Shown piece by piece: positions 59,158 through 64,000 of a stretch of DNA of 64,000 bases (position 1 is the first letter of the stretch; the number at the start of each line of letters is the position of its first letter). The stretch is taken from NCBI GenBank assembly GCA_035549255.1, contig DASZRD010000009.1, forward strand, positions 49,071 through 113,070, written 5' to 3'. A program made the translations under genes and the position numbers. The notes beneath the pieces were generated by a model. That model was not told where the DNA came from and did no database searches. It saw only the letters and a list, made by a program, of their open reading frames with translations. This stretch comes from Minisyncoccota bacterium. Its GTDB lineage: Bacteria; Patescibacteriota; Minisyncoccia; Phycocordibacterales; SBAW01.

Positions 59158-59754
59158 ATGGAGCAATTTCTCGTCGGGATCGATGAGGCCGGTCGCGGGC
59201 CTTTGGCGGGGCCAGTGGCGGTCGGCGTCGTGGCGGCGCCGTCTTCCTTTAATATGCATTTGCTCGACGGCGTGCGAGACAGCAAGCAGATGACCGAACT
59301 CGGCCGCGAGATCTGGTTTGAGAAATTGCGGGTATTTGAGGAAGAAGAGGGGCTCAAGTGGAATGTGCAATTCTCCTCCGCGCTATATATAGATACCTAC
59401 GGCATCGTGCCCGCAATCAAGCGCGCACTCTCCCGGGCTTTGCGCGCGCTGGAGCTTGACCCTGCTCATGCGCGCATACTTCTTGACGGGTCGCTGAAGG
59501 CTCCCAAGCATTTTCTCGATCAGGAAACGATCATCCGCGGCGACGATAGCGAGCCGATCATCTCGATTGCATCCGTTGCTGCAAAAGTCCGCCGCGACCG
59601 CTTGATGCGCAAGATTGCGATTAAATATCCTGACTATAGTTTTGAAATACATAAAGGGTACGGGACGAAATCGCATCGTGAAGCGATCATGAAATACGGG
59701 TTGAGCGATATGCACCGTGCGACATTCTGTAAGTTGAAAAAAGGGGAGAAATAA
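59158..59754 (+). CDS. rnhB: Ribonuclease HII
   Basis: GIDEAGRGPLAGPV, VRDSKQ, ASVAAKVRRD, HKGYGT. Confidence 0.97.
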   Translation: MEQFLVGIDEAGRGPLAGPVAVGVVAAPSSFNMHLLDGVRDSKQMTELGREIWFEKLRVFEEEEGLKWNVQFSSALYIDTYGIVPAIKRALSRALRALELDPAHARILLDGSLKAPKHFLDQETIIRGDDSEPIISIASVAAKVRRDRLMRKIAIKYPDYSFEIHKGYGTKSHREAIMKYGLSDMHRATFCKLKKGEK

Positions 59755-59815
59755 CGTATAGTTAAAAACCGGAATTCAGTACTCGTGCGGCCAACAAAAT
59801 CCTAGGGAGACTCTC

Positions 59816-60034
59816 TTGAGGAGACTGTTTTGCAAGGACTGCCCCCTCTTTCGAGGGATAACAAAAGGCGGCAAAAGAACGAAAGTGCTTTGCCGTGCTG
59901 GATGCGAGCAAGAAGAGAAGCCAATCGAGCGGGACGGCGTATACGTCGAGCAAGGCGAATGCAAAGTCATACCTCTTCATATCCTCGCCCAAGTGGCTCG
60001 GGCGCAGCCCGAACTCGTTCGTTATCAAACATAA
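59816..60034 (+). CDS. Small Cys-containing hypothetical protein
   Basis: AGGGAG upstream of TTG; CKDC, CRAGC and one further Cys; fills the rnhB-rpmF gap. Confidence 0.45.
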   Translation: MRRLFCKDCPLFRGITKGGKRTKVLCRAGCEQEEKPIERDGVYVEQGECKVIPLHILAQVARAQPELVRYQT

Positions 60035-60117
60035 CCGCTATCGTCTCACGCTTCGAACCCCGACCGTATCCACGGCCGGGGTTTGTCTTTTAAGGGTATT
60101 TCTGGTATAGTCCTTGC

Positions 60118-60354
60118 ATGGTCAACCATATGAGACATACGCGCTCGCAGACGGCTAACCGCCGTTCGCATCATGCGCTGAAGGTCCACAGCCTCGCTAC
60201 CTGCGAGTGCGGTGCTCCTCGCGTGTCTCATCGGGCATGCCCGGAGTGCGGCCGCTACAATGGCCGGGTCGTTATCGATATCGCCGGTAAGGCGGCAGCG
60301 AAGGCGTCCAAGCGCAAGGCAGCAGAGGGAAGTAAGAGCGAGGCGCAGAAGTAG
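60118..60354 (+). CDS. rpmF: 50S ribosomal protein L32
   Basis: RRSHHAL, CECG...HRACPECGRYNGR. Confidence 0.93.
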   Translation: MVNHMRHTRSQTANRRSHHALKVHSLATCECGAPRVSHRACPECGRYNGRVVIDIAGKAAAKASKRKAAEGSKSEAQK

Positions 60355-60423
60355 TAATCTGCCTTTTCTCTTGGGTCTATCTCGTGCGAGGTCCGCTCTA
60401 GGTCGGTCAGGCTCTTTGAACTC

Positions 60424-61347
60424 ATGGCAAATAGGCATTTATCCCGCTCGGTCGTACTCCAAACACTCTTCGAGTGTGATGTCCGGAATCTTGCGCCGGA
60501 ATCCGCGCGTGAGTCGCTCATGCGCAATATGACCGAGTTCGCGCCTGCGGCGGGCGATACGCCCTTCGTCGAAGAACTTCTGCGCGGTGTCATCGAGCGC
60601 AAGCAAGACCTTGATCTTGTAATCGAGAAGGCTGCGCCCGAGTGGCCGCTCGAGCGCATCGCGCCCGTCGACCGCAACGTGCTGCGGCTCGGCCTCTACG
60701 AGCTCCTCTTTGCCGACCGCGACAAGGTGCCAGCAAAGGTGGCGATCAACGAAGCGATCGAGCTTGCCAAGACCTTCGGCGGTGAGAATTCCGGCCGCTT
60801 TGTCAACGGCGTCCTCGGCGCCGTCTATAAAGAGCTTGGCGAGCCGGGTAAGGACGAGGTCAGCAAGAAAAAGAAAGACGTCCCGTACGAGGAGATGCCG
60901 GTGCAGCACCTCGGCGGCGCGGTTGTCTACGCCAAGCAGGGCAAGGATGTGTACTTGGCGCTCGTGCACGACATCTTCGGCCACTGGACATTGAGCAAGG
61001 GCAAGATCGGCGACAGCGAGGCGACCAAGAACGAGACGGTTGAAGAGGGCACGATCCGCGAGATCAAGGAAGAGATCGGGCTCGATATCACGATCAAGGA
61101 GAAGATCGGCGAGAACGAGTACGTGGCAAGCGACCCCAAGACGGGGAAGAAGCGCAAGCACGTGACCTACTTCTTGGCCGAGGCGCCGTTTACCGAAGTG
61201 AAGCTCGAGCAGAAGGGCGGGCTCGACGACGCGCGCTGGTTCCGCCTCAAGGACGCGCTCGAGCTCAATTTTTATGAGGACATGCTGCCCCTCGTCACTA
61301 AAGCCGTGCATCTATTAACCGAAACTACTCCGCAGGAAAAGAAATAA
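60424..61347 (+). CDS. nusB: Transcription antitermination factor NusB fused to a NUDIX domain
   Basis: N-terminal RHLSR..DRNVLRLG..INEAIELAK..FVNGVLG. C-terminal WTLSKG...ETVEEGTIREIKEEIG Nudix box. Confidence 0.92.
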   Translation: MANRHLSRSVVLQTLFECDVRNLAPESARESLMRNMTEFAPAAGDTPFVEELLRGVIERKQDLDLVIEKAAPEWPLERIAPVDRNVLRLGLYELLFADRDKVPAKVAINEAIELAKTFGGENSGRFVNGVLGAVYKELGEPGKDEVSKKKKDVPYEEMPVQHLGGAVVYAKQGKDVYLALVHDIFGHWTLSKGKIGDSEATKNETVEEGTIREIKEEIGLDITIKEKIGENEYVASDPKTGKKRKHVTYFLAEAPFTEVKLEQKGGLDDARWFRLKDALELNFYEDMLPLVTKAVHLLTETTPQEKK

Positions 61348-61353
61348 CAGGAT

Positions 61354-62046
61354 ATGCAGAAGGATTTCGTGCAGTTCGAGAAGTCGATCAGCATCACGTT
61401 CCATAATTTAAAGCTGCTCCGCCAGGCCTTCACGCACCGCTCGTACCTCAACGAGCACCGGAGCGAGGGCGGCGAGCACAACGAGCGGCTCGAGTTCTTG
61501 GGCGACGCCGTGCTCGAGCTTGTCTCGACGCGGTTCCTCTTTGATAAATTTCCGACGTATCCGGAAGGCGACCTCACGGCATTCCGCGCTGCACTCGTTA
61601 ACGCGGTCACGTGTTCAGAAGTCGCAAACGAATTGGGCATGAATGAGTATCTTTTGCTTTCCAAGGGCGAGAGCAAGGACAACGGCCGCGCGCGCGGCGT
61701 TCTCCTCGCTAATGCCTTCGAGGCGCTGGTGGGCGCTATCTATCTCGACCAAGGCTACGACGCCGCGCAGCAATTTATAGAGAAGCATCTGCTCCCTAAG
61801 CTCGACATGATCGTCAAGAAGAAGCTCTGGCGCGATGCAAAGTCGACTCTGCAGGAGAAGGCGCAAGAGGCTGAGGGCGCGACACCCTCCTATGCCGTTA
61901 TCCGTGAGACAGGTCCCGACCACGACAAGCAGTTCGTCGTTGGCGTATATGTACGTGATACGCAGCTCGCGCAAGGCATGGGCAAAAGCAAACAAGAAGC
62001 CGAGCAATCGGCAGCCCAAGCCGCCCTTGAAGCCAAGGGGTGGTAA
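61354..62046 (+). CDS. rnc: Ribonuclease III
   Basis: AFTHRSY, NERLEFLGDAVL, AFEALVGAIYLD, dsRBD. Confidence 0.98.
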   Translation: MQKDFVQFEKSISITFHNLKLLRQAFTHRSYLNEHRSEGGEHNERLEFLGDAVLELVSTRFLFDKFPTYPEGDLTAFRAALVNAVTCSEVANELGMNEYLLLSKGESKDNGRARGVLLANAFEALVGAIYLDQGYDAAQQFIEKHLLPKLDMIVKKKLWRDAKSTLQEKAQEAEGATPSYAVIRETGPDHDKQFVVGVYVRDTQLAQGMGKSKQEAEQSAAQAALEAKGW

Positions 62047-62066
62047 TTATTTGATAGAATACGGGC

Positions 62067-64000
62067 ATGCGTTTAAAGAGCATCGAGCTCTCGGGGTTTA
62101 AGTCTTTTGCTAAAAAGACGACTCTTGAATTTGCCTCATCCATCACCGCGATCGTCGGGCCCAACGGCTCGGGCAAGTCCAATACCGCCGAGTCCTTCCG
62201 CTTCGTACTCGGCGAGCAGTCGATGAAATCGATGCGCGGCCGCAAAGGCGAAGACATGATCTGGAACGGCTCTGGAGCGGTGCCGCGCGCAGGGCGCGCG
62301 GGCGTGAAATTAGTCTTTGATAATACCGACCGCGCGCTCAACCTCGACTTCGACGAGGTAACGATCGAGCGCGTCGTCTACCGCGACGGCGCGAATGATT
62401 ATTTGCTCAATGGTAGCCAGGTGCGTCTGCGCGATATTGCGGAACTCTTAAGCCAGGCGAATATCGGCGCATCGGGTCACCATATCATTTCCCAAGGCGA
62501 GGCGGACCGCATACTCTCCTCAAGCAGCCGCGAGCGCCGTGAGATGATCGAGGACGCGCTGGGCCTCACTGCGTATCTTTATAAGCGGGAAGAAGCCGAG
62601 CGTAAGCTCGAAAGGGCGGCAGAAAATATGCGCGAGGTCGAGGCTCTTCGCCGGGAACTCGTGCCGCACCTTAAATTCCTCGCAAGCCAGGTAAAGAAGA
62701 TCGAAGAGGCGCAGGCGCTGCGCGAAAATCTGAGCCAGCTGTATCTCGAATATCTCAAGCGCGAACATATCTACCTTGCGGCGGCCAAAGGCGAGCTCGT
62801 GGCGCTTCAGGAGGCGCCCGCGCGCGAACATGAAGAGCTCGACGAGCGTATCGAGCATCTCAAGCGCGAGCTTGCAAGTAAGGGCAAGAAAGACGCGCGC
62901 ACGCATGAATTGATCGAGCTTGAGGAAGAAGGCCGGAATCTCGCGCGCCGCCGCGACACGGCGGCGCGCGAGCTCGGCCGCATCGAGGGCGAGCTTGCCG
63001 CGCACGAGCGCTTGTCGAGCGCAAGCGAAGGGAGCGTGCCCGCGGGCGAGGTGAGGACCTTCGCGGCGCGCGTGCGTGACGAGCTCGAGGCGCTCCAAAG
63101 TCTCGAAGGGGATACGCTCCGCGCGCGCGTCCAGTCCCTGCTTTCGCTCGCGCGCGACTTCGTGCGCAGTATTGTCGATCGCTCATCCTCCGGCGGCAAC
63201 GACAAGCGCAACCTCGCGCGCAAAAAGTCCGAGCTCGAATCCGATATGCAGGAACTTGAAGCGGCCGAGGAACGCGTTGCCAAGCAGGTAGCAGAATTGC
63301 GTACGAGTATCGAGAGCGAGAAGGACGCTTCGCGCGAGGCGGAGCGAGAACTCTTCCAGGCGATGGCCAAGCGCAGCGAGCTTGCCGCGACGCTCGCACA
63401 GATTAAGAACAAGCGCGAGATCCTCTCGCGCGAGGAAGATGCTTTCAAGGCAGAATTTGCCGAAGCGGGCGCACTTATCGGCCGCGATGCGCTTACCTAT
63501 GAAGAGTATGACGTACGGGCGCCCAACGGCGAGCGGGTTGAAGAGTCCGAGATGCTCGATGAAGGCCGTGGCAAGCAAGAAGAGCGCCACAAGAAGCTCG
63601 AGCGCATGAAAATAAAATTGGAGGAGATTGGCGCAGGGGACTCGAGCGAAGTGCTCAAAGAGCATAAAGAAACCACCGAGCGCGACCAATTCCTCGCGCG
63701 CGAGCTTGCCGACATCACGCTTTCCTCGGAGAAGCTCCATCAGCTTATCGACGAGCTCACCGAGACGCTTGAGACCAGATTTACCGAAGGTATCGAGCGC
63801 ATCAATACCGAATTCGACCGCTTCTTCAAGCTCATGTTCGGCGGCGGCACGGCGGCGCTTCAAATCGTAAAGGAAACTAGGCAGAAGCGTGCGAGCCTCG
63901 CGCTTATCGATGATGAAGATACAGGCAGTGCCGATAATGATGAGGGTGATAACGAAGAGACAGAAGAGGGGATCGAGATCGCGATCACCCTCCCGCACAA
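62067..64000 (+). CDS. smc: Chromosome segregation protein SMC, short form (3'-partial)
   Basis: Absent from the ORF track because it runs off the end. Own translation: MRLKSIELSGFKSFAKK, VGPNGSGKSN Walker A, IISQG Q-loop, coiled coils, FFKLMFGGG...GIEI. Confidence 0.92.
   Translation, partial: MRLKSIELSGFKSFAKKTTLEFASSITAIVGPNGSGKSNTAESFRFVLGEQSMKSMRGRKGEDMIWNGSGAVPRAGRAGVKLVFDNTDRALNLDFDEVTIERVVYRDGANDYLLNGSQVRLRDIAELLSQANIGASGHHIISQGEADRILSSSSRERREMIEDALGLTAYLYKREEAERKLERAAENMREVEALRRELVPHLKFLASQVKKIEEAQALRENLSQLYLEYLKREHIYLAAAKGELVALQEAPAREHEELDERIEHLKRELASKGKKDARTHELIELEEEGRNLARRRDTAARELGRIEGELAAHERLSSASEGSVPAGEVRTFAARVRDELEALQSLEGDTLRARVQSLLSLARDFVRSIVDRSSSGGNDKRNLARKKSELESDMQELEAAEERVAKQVAELRTSIESEKDASREAERELFQAMAKRSELAATLAQIKNKREILSREEDAFKAEFAEAGALIGRDALTYEEYDVRAPNGERVEESEMLDEGRGKQEERHKKLERMKIKLEEIGAGDSSEVLKEHKETTERDQFLARELADITLSSEKLHQLIDELTETLETRFTEGIERINTEFDRFFKLMFGGGTAALQIVKETRQKRASLALIDDEDTGSADNDEGDNEETEEGIEIAITLPH

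Overview
GC-rich window that reads as the chromosome of a reduced-genome bacterium, most likely Patescibacteria/CPR (Parcubacteria-like). The taxonomy is inferred from the giant S/T/G-rich surface protein, NusB-NUDIX fusion, truncated EF-Ts/ThrRS/PheRS, split transketolase and near-absence of Shine-Dalgarno sites. Bases 1-28.2 kb form a surface-structure island. It holds a 5'-partial giant repeat protein (>6387 aa), a class A beta-lactamase-like serine hydrolase, and two tandem modules, each a glycine-rich secreted protein followed by a small membrane-anchored PsbP-like protein. Bases 28-36 kb are a glycolysis/pentose-phosphate cluster. It is interrupted by the most intriguing element: a putative BECR-fold RNase gene convergent with an unannotated ~90-nt structured small RNA that has its own promoter and terminator (candidate RNA-antitoxin/RNP system). 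Bases 36-64 kb are mostly housekeeping genes (rplY, rpmE, prfA, rpsB, tsf, tRNA-Thr, pheST, gyrB, thrS, dnaE, rnhB, rpmF, nusB, rnc, smc). They also include a sortase locus with a VPYTG-bearing candidate substrate and an SMC that appears to lack a hinge. Many core genes look leaderless (TAnnnT box 6-8 nt before ATG). All product calls come from motif recognition by eye; no searches were run.
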